Origin: an uncultured virus (IMG/VR IMGVR_UViG_3300005080_000002)
Taxonomy: Duplodnaviria; Heunggongvirae; Uroviricota; Caudoviricetes
Virus record (IMG/VR): IMGVR_UViG_3300005080_000002
Strand: one strand, 5' to 3'
Length of the DNA: 64,000 nt
The translations under genes and the position numbers were made by a program. The notes under the pieces are model-generated. The model was not told where the DNA came from, made no database searches, and saw nothing but the letters and a program-made list of their open reading frames with translations. Shown in pieces: positions 36,901 through 46,839 of the stretch (the first letter of the stretch is position 1; each line of letters starts with the position of its first letter).

Positions 36901-39900
36901 AGTACAGCGCCGACTTTAGACAGAATCCCAGAAGTGGCAATCTTTGCAGCTACCGCTTCCCAGGCGCCTAGGAACAGGCTCTTGATCCCACCGCCCAACG
37001 TAGCTAGAGCGGCTTTACCAAATACTTTCCCCATGCTGAGGAAAGAACCTATCCCACCGAACACCTTGCCTAGCCAGCTATCGCCATCTTTCTTGCCACC
37101 TGAGGCAGCGGCATTCTTTTCCTTATCGGCCTTGCGCTTCTCAGCGGCTTCCTCACGACGTTTCTTCCAAGCAGCCTTTATGGCCTGCCAGGAGTTATCA
37201 CGAATACCATCACCGTCGGTGTCTGTGATATTGGCGACTTCTGGTTTTGGAGTAGGTGGTTTGTTACCATCACCCTTCTTACCAGTTCCACCCGGCATAC
37301 GTTCATCAAGCAATTGGTAGATTCGCTCCAAGATGTCTTGTGACTCCTTAGAGTTAATACCGCCAAACATGGGGAACTTACCTTTCAGCCAATCTTTACC
37401 AACGCCCAAGACATCGCCAATGAAGTCGATACCACGTTTACCCCACTCGAATGGCTTCTTAGCCATCTTCCAGGCAAATGCTCCGGCCGCAGTGAGTTTA
37501 TCGCCGGCTTTCTGCCACTTACCTTTGAGCTCATTACCTTCACGGTCGATCAGCTTAAAGTTGGGGTCAGCCAACTCACTGCTACTAATGATAACCTGAT
37601 TGTGCTTGGTTATCACTTCGCCGGTGATATCATCAATACCGCGAATAGGCTTGCCGGTAGACGCATCAACATAGAACCCCTTAACCATTAGGTGATGGCG
37701 CAGACGCGGCTCACGTGGCTCTGGGTCGGTAGATGCGTAGATGTCTACAGAGGTGGTGGCTTCGCGCCAGATGTTCTTGATGCCGCCAAAGACATTGTTA
37801 CGCACCCACTTGTGGGCGGAATGCGCGGCAGTTGCAGCAGAACGAATTTTCCCACCCAGCCAACCGGGCAAATCAACAGACAGTTTCTTCCAGCCCGACT
37901 CGCTCAAGTAACGCAGCTGACCAATACGCTTGGTCATCTCCTCTTCAGAGATGATTACGTTTTGGTTCTCATCGTAAATACCGCCAACGATATCTTTGAT
38001 GGATTTAATCTGCTTACCGTCTTTGGTGTAATACTTGCCAAGACGGATACCTGCTGCGCTAAGGACTACATTACCCTCCTCATCAACGATATCTCGTCTA
38101 CCGAGGATTCCATCCTTGAACGCGCCAATGGCGGTCGTGGTTGCATTGAATGCATCCTTCACCCGTTTGATCGGGCTAAGGGCATCCAACTTACGTTTGC
38201 CCCAACGCCAAAGAACCTTAGCACGACGCCTATGGTTCTTAGAACGCTCCATAATGTTGTTCTTGAGCTTGCTGAGCATTCCCTTAGCGCTACGCGCGGA
38301 ACGCGTTATAACGCCCTCGGGTGCGTCCTGATGGATGTTGATGTTAATGGCGTCAATGGCTTCAAGAATCTCATCGATTCGAGGCGCCACATTACTCTCT
38401 ATGAGCGTTTCGTGAATGGCCTTGATCAGCGGCATAAGGTCTTCACGCTTTTCGTTCTCGGGACGATTACTTGTAGTGATCGACCTTACGATAGACTCGA
38501 GCGTTTCGTTATCCTTAAAGCCAAGACCAGTCCTGATCCCCTGGGCAAAGATATCCGGGTTCAGACTTCCGAAGTTCTGTCCACGCTGAGAGCGAGGAGG
38601 TGCGGCACGGGCACCAAAGGCGGATATCCCTGACTCAATCCCTGCGAGGCGACTTTTTGGCACATCATCGCCAAAAGCATAATCAGAGTCATCAAAATCA
38701 CTAAAAGTTTCAAAGAGTTTTTCATTAGCCACCAACCTTCCATTAATATCTTTAAAGATACCAGCACGGTGAAGTGCTGCCCCACCATAGCGTTGTTCCA
38801 ACGCGCTAACCTTCGCCTGCGTTTCGCCAAAGGCACCACGCATACGCTTAAGCTTGTCAGACACTTGCAGGTTCAATGTTTCGGCTTTAGATTTCTCATC
38901 GGCCAACTCAGAGAACAAATCCTGGAGGTCATAGATATCGGAGCTAGACTCCGAACCGTAGGCATCCATGGAATTAGCCAAGTCGAAGATGTCGAACTTG
39001 GTTGCATTACGTGCCTTGTCATCAATGACGCGTCTGAGAATCTCACGATCCTTTTCAGCGATTTCTTTATTGCCAAACAGATCTTTGATGATTTCATTGG
39101 AGTAACGTTCGACCGTCTCTTTGGTATACTGGTCGTCCATGGCACTGCGAACTATACGAGCGACATCACGCGTATTCACAAACTTACGTGTGGAAAAGTC
39201 GTACTGTTCTAATGCGGCGTTATCGCTATAGATGCCACGGATGGACTGGTCGATTTTGGCCAGCTGGGCCGGGATGAGTTCTTCGATGGTCAGTACAAAG
39301 CGATTGGTGATCTTACCGCCTTGCCCCAACATCTCGATCGAACGCTCATCGATACGTGCAGTCTCACCATTGAATTGTGGGCCATGCTCACCGAGGAAAC
39401 GGAAAAGGCTGCCAAGGATTCCTTTCTCACGGCCTTCGTAGAAAGAGTTCTGGCCGTAAGTGTTGGCAATCTCGCCCAGGTTGCCGAGATAGTAGGCCGC
39501 GTTCTTACCGAAGCTGGACACCCCCTCATGGTTCTCGCCCCACTCGCGTGCTCTGGCTTGTAGCTTCCTCACTTGTGGGGTGATGAAACGATCAGCAAAC
39601 ATCGCGCCCGCACGGCTAGCGCCGGACTTCATGGTGTTATAGCGAGCGGCGGCAGGATCCCCCTCTTGTCCGTCATCCTCCTGCATGCTGTTCATCATGC
39701 CAGCCATACCACCTACTTCCGAGACGACGTCATTGACACCGCCTAAGAATTCGGAAATACGTGACTTAACAGAAGCGCCCAGCAATCGAGTATAGTTACG
39801 ACTGAACTGGTTGGCGGACATCCCATCGATAATCTTACGTTTAATCAGAGCAGCGGTAATTTCCCCGAACTCTTCTTTGGCGTAATCCGGCAATGCGGTG

Positions 39901-40655
39901 TTCTTAACGATGGCTTCCAATGCCGGGATAATTTTTTCGCTGGATTCAGTGGACAGCTTGAGCTGATCTTGCAATGCAAAGAGCTGGCGGAAGTTGAGCT
40001 CCAGCATTTTGCGCTTATATTCAGTGCCCGGACCGTTTTGATAAGAAACGATATTGCGAACGTCTACGCCGGTCTCTTTGAGAATACCGAGCATTGACTC
40101 TGTACGAATATCGCGAGCAGCTTCTTTTACTTCATTCTCAGCGCGGTCAGTGATCGAGTCTTCGGCTGACTGACGATCGTTGGCATTGGCTGATTTGAAG
40201 ATAGAGTTCATTGCAGAGTCGATTTGCGACTGCTGCTGATCGAACTCATTACTGTAGCTTGGTTCTGCGGCGGTTGCCTTTTTCAGGCGTTCGTGCAGGG
40301 ATTTCGGCATAAAGGGCTTAAGAAGCGGGAGTGCTTCTCGAGTAGCACGCTTTACTTCCTGTTTGGTTTTACGGAGACCCTCTTTGGCCTCGTAGTAAAC
40401 GTCCCGCCCTTCGGAATAAAGACTATCATATGACTCGGCTGCGACCCGGTATTCTTCTGGGAGCGCCCCCAATATCAATTTACGCCGTTGTTCCGAACCC
40501 AAAATTTGATTTACCGCACCACCCCCAGCCGACATTGCAATATCCAGAGGCTGTCTGGATTTGGCCGGAATAGCGGGGGCGGCAGCGGGACCATCAAAGT
40601 CTAAATCCAGATCATCGTCCAAGTCGAAATCGTCGAGATCTATATCTTTGGCCAT
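33924..40655 (-). CDS. Tape-measure/tail protein with lytic transglycosylase domain (phiKZ gp181-like)
   Basis: About 2240 aa; IVKNTALPDY motif; central hydrophobic Gly/Ala helices; SLT domain MMESS..AKGLFQF..ANALLGGEF..MYVMH; GAGG RBS before ATG 40655. Confidence 0.9.
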   Translation of the reverse strand: MAKDIDLDDFDLDDDLDLDFDGPAAAPAIPAKSRQPLDIAMSAGGGAVNQILGSEQRRKLILGALPEEYRVAAESYDSLYSEGRDVYYEAKEGLRKTKQEVKRATREALPLLKPFMPKSLHERLKKATAAEPSYSNEFDQQQSQIDSAMNSIFKSANANDRQSAEDSITDRAENEVKEAARDIRTESMLGILKETGVDVRNIVSYQNGPGTEYKRKMLELNFRQLFALQDQLKLSTESSEKIIPALEAIVKNTALPDYAKEEFGEITAALIKRKIIDGMSANQFSRNYTRLLGASVKSRISEFLGGVNDVVSEVGGMAGMMNSMQEDDGQEGDPAAARYNTMKSGASRAGAMFADRFITPQVRKLQARAREWGENHEGVSSFGKNAAYYLGNLGEIANTYGQNSFYEGREKGILGSLFRFLGEHGPQFNGETARIDERSIEMLGQGGKITNRFVLTIEELIPAQLAKIDQSIRGIYSDNAALEQYDFSTRKFVNTRDVARIVRSAMDDQYTKETVERYSNEIIKDLFGNKEIAEKDREILRRVIDDKARNATKFDIFDLANSMDAYGSESSSDIYDLQDLFSELADEKSKAETLNLQVSDKLKRMRGAFGETQAKVSALEQRYGGAALHRAGIFKDINGRLVANEKLFETFSDFDDSDYAFGDDVPKSRLAGIESGISAFGARAAPPRSQRGQNFGSLNPDIFAQGIRTGLGFKDNETLESIVRSITTSNRPENEKREDLMPLIKAIHETLIESNVAPRIDEILEAIDAININIHQDAPEGVITRSARSAKGMLSKLKNNIMERSKNHRRRAKVLWRWGKRKLDALSPIKRVKDAFNATTTAIGAFKDGILGRRDIVDEEGNVVLSAAGIRLGKYYTKDGKQIKSIKDIVGGIYDENQNVIISEEEMTKRIGQLRYLSESGWKKLSVDLPGWLGGKIRSAATAAHSAHKWVRNNVFGGIKNIWREATTSVDIYASTDPEPREPRLRHHLMVKGFYVDASTGKPIRGIDDITGEVITKHNQVIISSSELADPNFKLIDREGNELKGKWQKAGDKLTAAGAFAWKMAKKPFEWGKRGIDFIGDVLGVGKDWLKGKFPMFGGINSKESQDILERIYQLLDERMPGGTGKKGDGNKPPTPKPEVANITDTDGDGIRDNSWQAIKAAWKKRREEAAEKRKADKEKNAAASGGKKDGDSWLGKVFGGIGSFLSMGKVFGKAALATLGGGIKSLFLGAWEAVAAKIATSGILSKVGAVLGGAKTKIATAAGAAATKGGSVLRATGGVLKWLGRATIMGGLRWAGTLAIGAISSPLAIAATVGYVAYKLATRKVAAPLDMYRFAQYGVQEYEREDKEDIPKLRYLEDSFLRYTSFNKEGVASIRGMNEAVTHRIAEGFGINPEDKDQQKRWNNWLFGRFIPAYLIWVSRARQHAPAVGLKDIGDKNKTHPILQKKIFDSCVLNDKHPIFRVDQGPFDDPTMLTGAEVVEIGNDVRDEIGTMVKFTPTMPEDRKKLNGAPDQKDLSGKAITSGDANNREEKKVDWKVAATAAEEDKNRRMDESMRKGNVAVYGVSTIVNGRPISKDIDALTAIRLRAYGLYKFDISRIAMLYKIEDLLTPGMIKESGRWVFKGNLDGITEEVVSILGVYFRDKTAVAKAKQWFTLRFLPIYLQYFNLVKQYIPNGNPFDLYNTSKTAELYDIGVGLVGAKVQFGGKKVSVWELDLSPWRVKNDYDPVAIGNAVNDNLRFLEERRKEMLLREQTKAKDKGIKAQAAPVRGGNRAIDWRVNQDKNKPSVASQREAAMANADISGMMEGGGSNVPANIDTSGFDIDTGLYNGVEEGSGGYADLKQYKGKDRATMAKLVAHAARLTGMDPGEMLTVAMMESSLDPGAGAKTSSAKGLFQFLVGGKWDTWGEVKRKWGNKYGIPSQASAFDPAANALLGGEFLKEGAKQAARALGRKANPADMYVMHMMGSGDGPKFLSNLTKNPNAIAAKVLQSAASANPGVFKDGQGRYRTFAQVYQSFIDRARTNQMHVKRYLGIAEKVPDAKVDLPGSDTKVSVPPALAAQAGDKGGPEVASPEAAKTASVAKAGADAAKSVRFANADVPLPIGGADKPVSEKEVSDAAKAMAKKNADAGAEVADIKDSGARIIADIDLEKHRQTVRSNNAASAVSENNAERGENMAVLMREQLKELRKISGTLLNIEKKVGGGGGFSGQQATPLKPVQQTTSRQQAAPSIVHADAPISMGRG

Positions 40656-40673
40656 AACCACCTCGGAAGCATT

Positions 40674-42290
40674 ATGAGCTATCTATCGTTTTATCTGCTA
40701 AACGTGGACAAGCGTGCGGTGTCGACACTCCGACCTACCACCGCCTTGGATACGTACCAAGGCGCTACCAAAGATTTCCATGAAGACGGACTCTATTCCG
40801 TACTTACATTTGGCCCCATTGGTAGTGAACGCCGTGACTTAACTTTCTCCTACATTGATGTAGGTATCGAAATCATTTCGCCTGCAATTGCGTTGACGTT
40901 GTTTGAGCTCAAGCACCTTTATAAGGATATCTTGGCCGGTAAACGTTATGCAATTTGGGATGAGAAAGAAAAAGATTTCTTCCCCGCCTCGCCAACCGAT
41001 AGTGGTGCTTCGACGGGTTACTCTTTCTTTATTTCCAAATACAAGGATTTGAAACCGAAAGAAAACAAGTCTCTTATCCGTCAGCAGAATATCGATCTCT
41101 TTAACAAGTTCCGCGACATCGCAATGAGTCGTTATGTCCTTGTCCAACCTGCCGGTCTTCGTGACATGGAGGTGACTCCAGACGGACAGACAGAACGCGA
41201 GATGGATATCAACAAGTATTATCGGAAACTGCTCTCGACCGCAAGTATCGTACCGACGTTGGGCAATACCAATACATCGGCGCTCGATACCACCCGTTGG
41301 TCTCTTCAAAACACCTTCAATGAAATCTACAAATACTTCTTCGACTTCGCTGACGGGAAGAAAGGTTTCATTCGCGGGAAGTGGGCTGCTCGCCGTTTGA
41401 CTAACGGTACTCGAAACGTATTGTCCAGTATGGATACTTCATCAGTGGTCATTGACCGTCCCGATGAGATGCGTCCTACCGATACGCTCGTGGGTCTGTT
41501 CCAGGGTTTGAAGAGTTTGGCGCCGGTGGCCATTCATGCCATCCGTACCAAATACCTTCCTGACACATTCGGCCCCGACGGGACGATGTACCTGGTTAAC
41601 AAGAAAACCCTCAAACGTGAAGTGGTGTTTGTGACCACGGAAGACTACGATAAGTTCTCAACCGATGAAGGGATTGAGAAACTCATCAACCAGTTCCGTG
41701 ACAACACCATTCGCCACAAAGAGATCATGGTTCAAGGCCACTACCTTGCCCTCATCTATAATGACGGCAAGGAGTTTAAGGTCTTCTACGACATCGGAGA
41801 TTTGCCCGAAGGTCGTGATAAGAAGTTTGTCAAAGGCATTACCTATGCGGAACTTCTCTATCTCAGTGGCCATGAGATCTGGAATGACTACTTCACAATC
41901 GTCACTCGCTACCCAGTAGCGGGTCAAGGCAGTACCTATTCAAGCACTATAAGATTGACGACGACGACTTCTGTCTCAATGGTGTGGGAATTGAACGGGG
42001 ACTGGGTTGGAAGACGAGAGAAGCCGGCAATTGATTTTCCTAACCGTGCTATTTCCGAATTCGTTTCTTCGATGGCGCCGCACAGTAGCCGACTGGCTGG
42101 ACTCGTGGCTGACTTCGATGGCGATACCGGCAGTGGCGATTCTGTCTACACGGATGAAGCGTTAGAAGAAAACCGCAATATGATGAAGAAAGCAACCTAT
42201 TGGGTTGAGGGCGGTCGTCTAACGATCGACATCTCAGGCTCAGGGCTGGTAGACCGAGTCATGCATAATCTTCTCGCAGATCCTCTCTAA
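40674..42290 (+). CDS. rpoC: Virion RNA polymerase beta-prime subunit, catalytic part (phiKZ gp180-like), uninterrupted
   Basis: FHEDGLYS..FG, PAGLRD, TRYPV, catalytic ADFDGD. Confidence 0.92.
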   Translation: MSYLSFYLLNVDKRAVSTLRPTTALDTYQGATKDFHEDGLYSVLTFGPIGSERRDLTFSYIDVGIEIISPAIALTLFELKHLYKDILAGKRYAIWDEKEKDFFPASPTDSGASTGYSFFISKYKDLKPKENKSLIRQQNIDLFNKFRDIAMSRYVLVQPAGLRDMEVTPDGQTEREMDINKYYRKLLSTASIVPTLGNTNTSALDTTRWSLQNTFNEIYKYFFDFADGKKGFIRGKWAARRLTNGTRNVLSSMDTSSVVIDRPDEMRPTDTLVGLFQGLKSLAPVAIHAIRTKYLPDTFGPDGTMYLVNKKTLKREVVFVTTEDYDKFSTDEGIEKLINQFRDNTIRHKEIMVQGHYLALIYNDGKEFKVFYDIGDLPEGRDKKFVKGITYAELLYLSGHEIWNDYFTIVTRYPVAGQGSTYSSTIRLTTTTSVSMVWELNGDWVGRREKPAIDFPNRAISEFVSSMAPHSSRLAGLVADFDGDTGSGDSVYTDEALEENRNMMKKATYWVEGGRLTIDISGSGLVDRVMHNLLADPL

Positions 42291-42302
42291 TACGGTGTAA
42301 TA

Positions 42303-45300
42303 ATGGCTATCCTATTACGTAATTTTAACCGTAACTATACGGTTATTCGTCTACCGCAGTTTGGCGCTCCGCGCGTTGCCAGTTTGGAACTGCTGGAATT
42401 GCCGCGTGGGAGTATTTTCCATTACCTGCCTGGTGATGTTACTGAGATTGGACCCCCTCAGACATTGCAAGTTTTGGAGCGGGCTGAAAAGCTCGTTCAG
42501 GTAAGACACGTCCGTGAGTTGGCTACCGACAACATTCACGGGCGTCCTATCCTTATTCCCACCCCGTTGGACCGTAAAATTTTACAGTACCACCGGTTAA
42601 ACAAAAAACTGCGGATGATGCGTGACGATAGTCTTATCACCCGTGACGAACGTACACTGCTGGTAGAGAACTATGCGTTGCTGCCGCAGCGCTATCGCTA
42701 CCGTGAAACTCTGATGAGTTGGTATGATCGTTGGCACAACCTCTACGTGACTATCTTCAACCAAATGAAGGAAGACACGAAGAAGTACGATCGTCAGAAC
42801 TACATGTTCTTGCAGATGCCGGACGTTCTGCCTTCCATCGCTCAACTGCGTCGTGCAGAGAAGAGTAAAGACCAAGCCTCTCTTCGCACTATCCGTACCG
42901 ACCAAGCTCTGTTCTTCCTGGACCTGTGGACGTGGCTCGGTACTGAGCGTCGTCGTAGTCTGCTGTCCGTTCTGGATGAGCATGAACTGCGTCGCGTTAA
43001 CATCGTGCTGGTTTACAAGGACAAGTTTGTCAACTTGAACTTGGGTGAGCTGGATTTCTGGCGTCGTAAAGAAAACAACATCGGTCTGGTTAAGCCTGAG
43101 CAAATGCAGCGTCGTCTTTACGCCACTGCGATGCGTCTGGCTACCGAGGCTGAAAGCCAGGCCAGCAAACTGGTAGTCGAAGACAACCAGGAAGAAATCG
43201 TTGAAGAAGAGAACCTCGAGCAAAATGCCGAGAATCCGAAGTTGGAAGATACCTTGGATGCGGATGAAGGTGATGACGGTGAAGATGAAGATGAGGCAGC
43301 TGTTAAGGTAGCGCCGGTCGAAATTGACACTGCTCTGGATCCTGACCCCAATGCTGAAGGTCAGTTCAACGAGGATGATGAAGGGGCGATCGAGGCAGAG
43401 TTGGCTAAGTATGACGATGTTGAGAAGCTGGGCATTGATGAAGATGCCGAGTTTGAGATCGTCAAACAGCCGACCGATGAACAGCGAGAAGATGAAGTAA
43501 TTGACATCTATCAGGTGCCGACCTTTGAGTCCGGTATTGAGAAAGAGTGTCAGCGCTTTATCGATGCAGGGGCTCTGACTACTCGTGAATACGAGCGGGT
43601 TAAGAACCAGGCAGTTCTCTATAAGTCCATCCCCAATCCGAACGGCGAGGGTCTGCTGGCTGAGCACATCACCGCTAAGCCGGAAGAGTTGAAGTTGGTG
43701 CGCAAGCAGATTCTTTCTGACGACCCTACCATCTTTGATAAGACCGCTGCGGTTAGCGTCGGCAACAGCACCACTAAACAGTATATCCAAAAGGTTCTGC
43801 CTAAAGATATCAATGCATCCGTACTGAGCCTTCAAAAGGCTGGCTACATCGTGACCGACTATAACGTCGAGAAGATCGTAGATGCGGCTAACCGGGTAGA
43901 GCTCCACACTGTCCGGGTGAGCACTGTTAAGGGTGAGCAGTCCACACTGCGCTTTACCATCCCGACGTTCGATGATCATGGTTACTGGACTTCCAACGAC
44001 ATCACCTACACCCTGCGTAAGCAGCGTGTTGATTTGCCGATTCGTAAGACAGCTCCTGACACCGTGGCCTTGACCACGTTCTACGGTAAGAACTTTGTTC
44101 GCCGTAACGAGAAGAACGTCCACAATGCTACCCTGTGGCTCACTAACCAAATTGTGGCTCGGGGTATTGATCATAACGATCAGTCCATCACTAACGTTCG
44201 CTTCTCTAACGTGTTTGACCCGACAGTCAGACTGCCCAAAGACTATACCTCTATTGCAACTCGTTTGGCAGGGTTTGAATCCAATGGGATTACCTACCAC
44301 TTCGACCATCGCAATATCGAGAAGAACTTTGGCGGGGAACTGGTTAAAGAGCTCAAGGATAAATCGCTGGTACCGATCGCTAAGAAAGGTGAGGCAGTCT
44401 ATGCGATGGATCCGACCAGTATGGTCTACAAGCAAACTGCGAAGGGCGTGGAGGAAGTTGGTACGATTACCGACATTCTCAACATCGATTCTGGTAAGCG
44501 ACCGTATGAGTTTGCAGAACTGTCGTTGATGGGTAAGGCCATCCCGCTGGCAATCATCTTCTCCTATTACCTCGGTATCGAGCGAATGCTCAAGCTTTAC
44601 AAGATCCCTTACCGGATTACCGAGAGTACGGAACGGGGTAACGCTGCAACCGACGACCTCGTGATGAAGATGAGCGACTGTAAGCTGGTGATTATGCCGG
44701 AGAACTCTGAGCAGCGAATGTTGCTCAACGGTTTGAGGCCATATCTCAAATTGACGTCTGCGTATACCCTGCGCGATTTCAACCAGCCTGACGTTTATCT
44801 GAACCTGATTCAGAAAGACGGCCTGTCAGTTCGCTATCTCAACGAACTGACGCTGATGGATGACCTGTTCATTGACCCGATCGCTGATCGGATGTTGCAG
44901 AAGATGGGTGAACCTCGGACGTTCCAAGGTCTGCTCAAACGCGCTAACGAAATGCTGGTCTTTGATGATGCACCGCATGAAACTGATGCGGAACACATGC
45001 ACATCTTTAGCCACCAGCGTATTGCCGGTGCCGTCTATACCGAGATGGTTCGCTCGGTTCGTGAGTATCGTAACAAGCCTGGTTCTCGTAAGAAACTCGA
45101 GATGCATAACCAGGCAGTCTGGCAACGGATCACGCAAGACCCGGCAGCTGCACCTTCCTCGGATGCAAACCCACTACATTCGGTTAAAGAGGCTGACGTA
45201 GTTACCTTTGGTGGTAACGGTGGTCGTAGTCGTCGAAGTATGGTGAAACACACCCGTGCCTATACCAAGAGTGATCTTGGGATTGTGTCCGGCGACACCG

Positions 45301-46598
45301 TGGATAACGGTGACGTAGGTATGACAGCCTATCTGTGTGCCGACCCGCTCTTTGATGACGTTGACGGGATTCTCAGAAAAGACATCGACCGTGATAACCT
45401 CACGATCAGTCAGCTCATGAGTAACTGCACGTCCATTGCCCCTGGGGCGGTTTTCGATGACGATAAACGGAACAACTTCGTAGGTATCCAACACGGCTCT
45501 GGTATTGCTGCTGAGGGGTATGAAGTTACTGGTCTGCGTACTGGAGCTGAGAAGCTCATCGCTCACCGCACTGGCCCTACCCAGGCTAACGCGGCAGAGG
45601 CTGACGGTAAAGTGGTGGCGCTCGAGCCCACCTACATTACTATCCAGTATGGTAGTGGGAAAGACACGTATTCCAAGTCTTACAAATTGGGACGCCATTT
45701 TGGACGACATGAGGGTAGTACGTTCCCCCACACGCTGGTAACTAATTTGAAGTTGGGTCAGAAGGTGGGTGTCTCTGACATCGTTACGTATAACGAGAAC
45801 TTCTTTGAGCCTGACCTGTTCAACCCAAAACAGGTGAACTGGAAAGCGGGTGTAATGGCTACCGTGGTATTGCTAGAAGGTACTGACACGCTCGAAGACT
45901 CGAGTGCGGTTAGTAAACGTCTGGCAGAGAAACTGCGGGCACCGTTGACTAAGACCAAATACGTTACTGTCCGTTTTGATCAGGCAGTGCATGGACTCGT
46001 TAAGGAAGGCGATGAGGTAACGCCGGAAACTATTTTATGTACCATTGAAGACTCCCTCACAGCAAACAATGAAGTGTTTGACGATGAGAGTCTTGAGACC
46101 CTACGGTCTATTTCGGCTCAAGTGCCTAAGGCTAAAGCAGGCGGTGTAATCGACAAGATCGAAGTCTTCTATAATGGCGACAAGGATGAAATGTCCGAAA
46201 CGATTCGGGCAATCGCTAATATGGGAGACCGGGCACGGAAAAAGGAGGCTGCTCAGTCTCCTGATACGATGGCCGAGACGGGTCGAGTCGACAGCAGCTT
46301 GCGACTGGACGGTAAGCCTGTGGAATTGGATACATTGGTAATTCGTATCTATATTACTCAGCGCGTTCCGGCCGTTGGCGGTGATAAGGCTGTATTTGCT
46401 AACCAGATGAAGTCTACCTTCCGTCGTATTCTGGCGGGTAAGAACCGTACCGTGAGTGGACTTGAACTCGATGCAATCTTTGGTAAGGAATCCATCGATG
46501 CGCGGGTGGTATTGTCCGTTTACAAAATCGGGACTACTAATACACTCTGTCGCCTAATATCTGAACACTGCCGTGCCATCCTTGCGAAACACGGTTAA
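42303..46598 (+). CDS. rpoB: Virion RNA polymerase beta subunit, N-terminal/main part (phiKZ gp178-like)
   Basis: RKQRVDLPIRK, GGNGGRS.RSMV, TVDNGDVG, EDSS, GDKAVFANQMKS. Confidence 0.92.
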   Translation: MAILLRNFNRNYTVIRLPQFGAPRVASLELLELPRGSIFHYLPGDVTEIGPPQTLQVLERAEKLVQVRHVRELATDNIHGRPILIPTPLDRKILQYHRLNKKLRMMRDDSLITRDERTLLVENYALLPQRYRYRETLMSWYDRWHNLYVTIFNQMKEDTKKYDRQNYMFLQMPDVLPSIAQLRRAEKSKDQASLRTIRTDQALFFLDLWTWLGTERRRSLLSVLDEHELRRVNIVLVYKDKFVNLNLGELDFWRRKENNIGLVKPEQMQRRLYATAMRLATEAESQASKLVVEDNQEEIVEEENLEQNAENPKLEDTLDADEGDDGEDEDEAAVKVAPVEIDTALDPDPNAEGQFNEDDEGAIEAELAKYDDVEKLGIDEDAEFEIVKQPTDEQREDEVIDIYQVPTFESGIEKECQRFIDAGALTTREYERVKNQAVLYKSIPNPNGEGLLAEHITAKPEELKLVRKQILSDDPTIFDKTAAVSVGNSTTKQYIQKVLPKDINASVLSLQKAGYIVTDYNVEKIVDAANRVELHTVRVSTVKGEQSTLRFTIPTFDDHGYWTSNDITYTLRKQRVDLPIRKTAPDTVALTTFYGKNFVRRNEKNVHNATLWLTNQIVARGIDHNDQSITNVRFSNVFDPTVRLPKDYTSIATRLAGFESNGITYHFDHRNIEKNFGGELVKELKDKSLVPIAKKGEAVYAMDPTSMVYKQTAKGVEEVGTITDILNIDSGKRPYEFAELSLMGKAIPLAIIFSYYLGIERMLKLYKIPYRITESTERGNAATDDLVMKMSDCKLVIMPENSEQRMLLNGLRPYLKLTSAYTLRDFNQPDVYLNLIQKDGLSVRYLNELTLMDDLFIDPIADRMLQKMGEPRTFQGLLKRANEMLVFDDAPHETDAEHMHIFSHQRIAGAVYTEMVRSVREYRNKPGSRKKLEMHNQAVWQRITQDPAAAPSSDANPLHSVKEADVVTFGGNGGRSRRSMVKHTRAYTKSDLGIVSGDTVDNGDVGMTAYLCADPLFDDVDGILRKDIDRDNLTISQLMSNCTSIAPGAVFDDDKRNNFVGIQHGSGIAAEGYEVTGLRTGAEKLIAHRTGPTQANAAEADGKVVALEPTYITIQYGSGKDTYSKSYKLGRHFGRHEGSTFPHTLVTNLKLGQKVGVSDIVTYNENFFEPDLFNPKQVNWKAGVMATVVLLEGTDTLEDSSAVSKRLAEKLRAPLTKTKYVTVRFDQAVHGLVKEGDEVTPETILCTIEDSLTANNEVFDDESLETLRSISAQVPKAKAGGVIDKIEVFYNGDKDEMSETIRAIANMGDRARKKEAAQSPDTMAETGRVDSSLRLDGKPVELDTLVIRIYITQRVPAVGGDKAVFANQMKSTFRRILAGKNRTVSGLELDAIFGKESIDARVVLSVYKIGTTNTLCRLISEHCRAILAKHG

Positions 46599-46641
46599 AT
46601 CCCAATGGGGGCGGTAACGCCCCCTCACTTCGGAGAGTAAT

Positions 46642-46839
46642 ATGCACGTTACCCTTGAACGTCAGAATCTGGTGGTTCTGTCGAACCTGATCGAACTGAC
46701 CGTCAAATCCACTATGAAGGTTCTCGGCAATGATACGTCGAAGACCATGTCTGGTGTGAAGCTGACTCGTCAAATGGTTGCTGATGCGGCAACCGCCCAT
46801 CTCAACTCTCACATCAGCGTACGCATCGGGAGCAAATAA
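46642..46839 (+). CDS. Small virion-block protein
   Basis: 65 aa; GGAG RBS; abuts the next gene. Confidence 0.7.
   Translation: MHVTLERQNLVVLSNLIELTVKSTMKVLGNDTSKTMSGVKLTRQMVADAATAHLNSHISVRIGSK

Noticed and set aside
42597..44435. 612-aa - strand ORF
   Set aside because: Antisense shadow of the vRNAP beta gene
24821..46598. Split, dispersed RNA polymerase subunits as a novelty
   Set aside because: Well-established feature of phiKZ-like phages
40674..46598. Intron, intein or homing endonuclease in the vRNAP genes
   Set aside because: Both ORFs are continuous and 12 bp apart; no intein or endonuclease motifs seen
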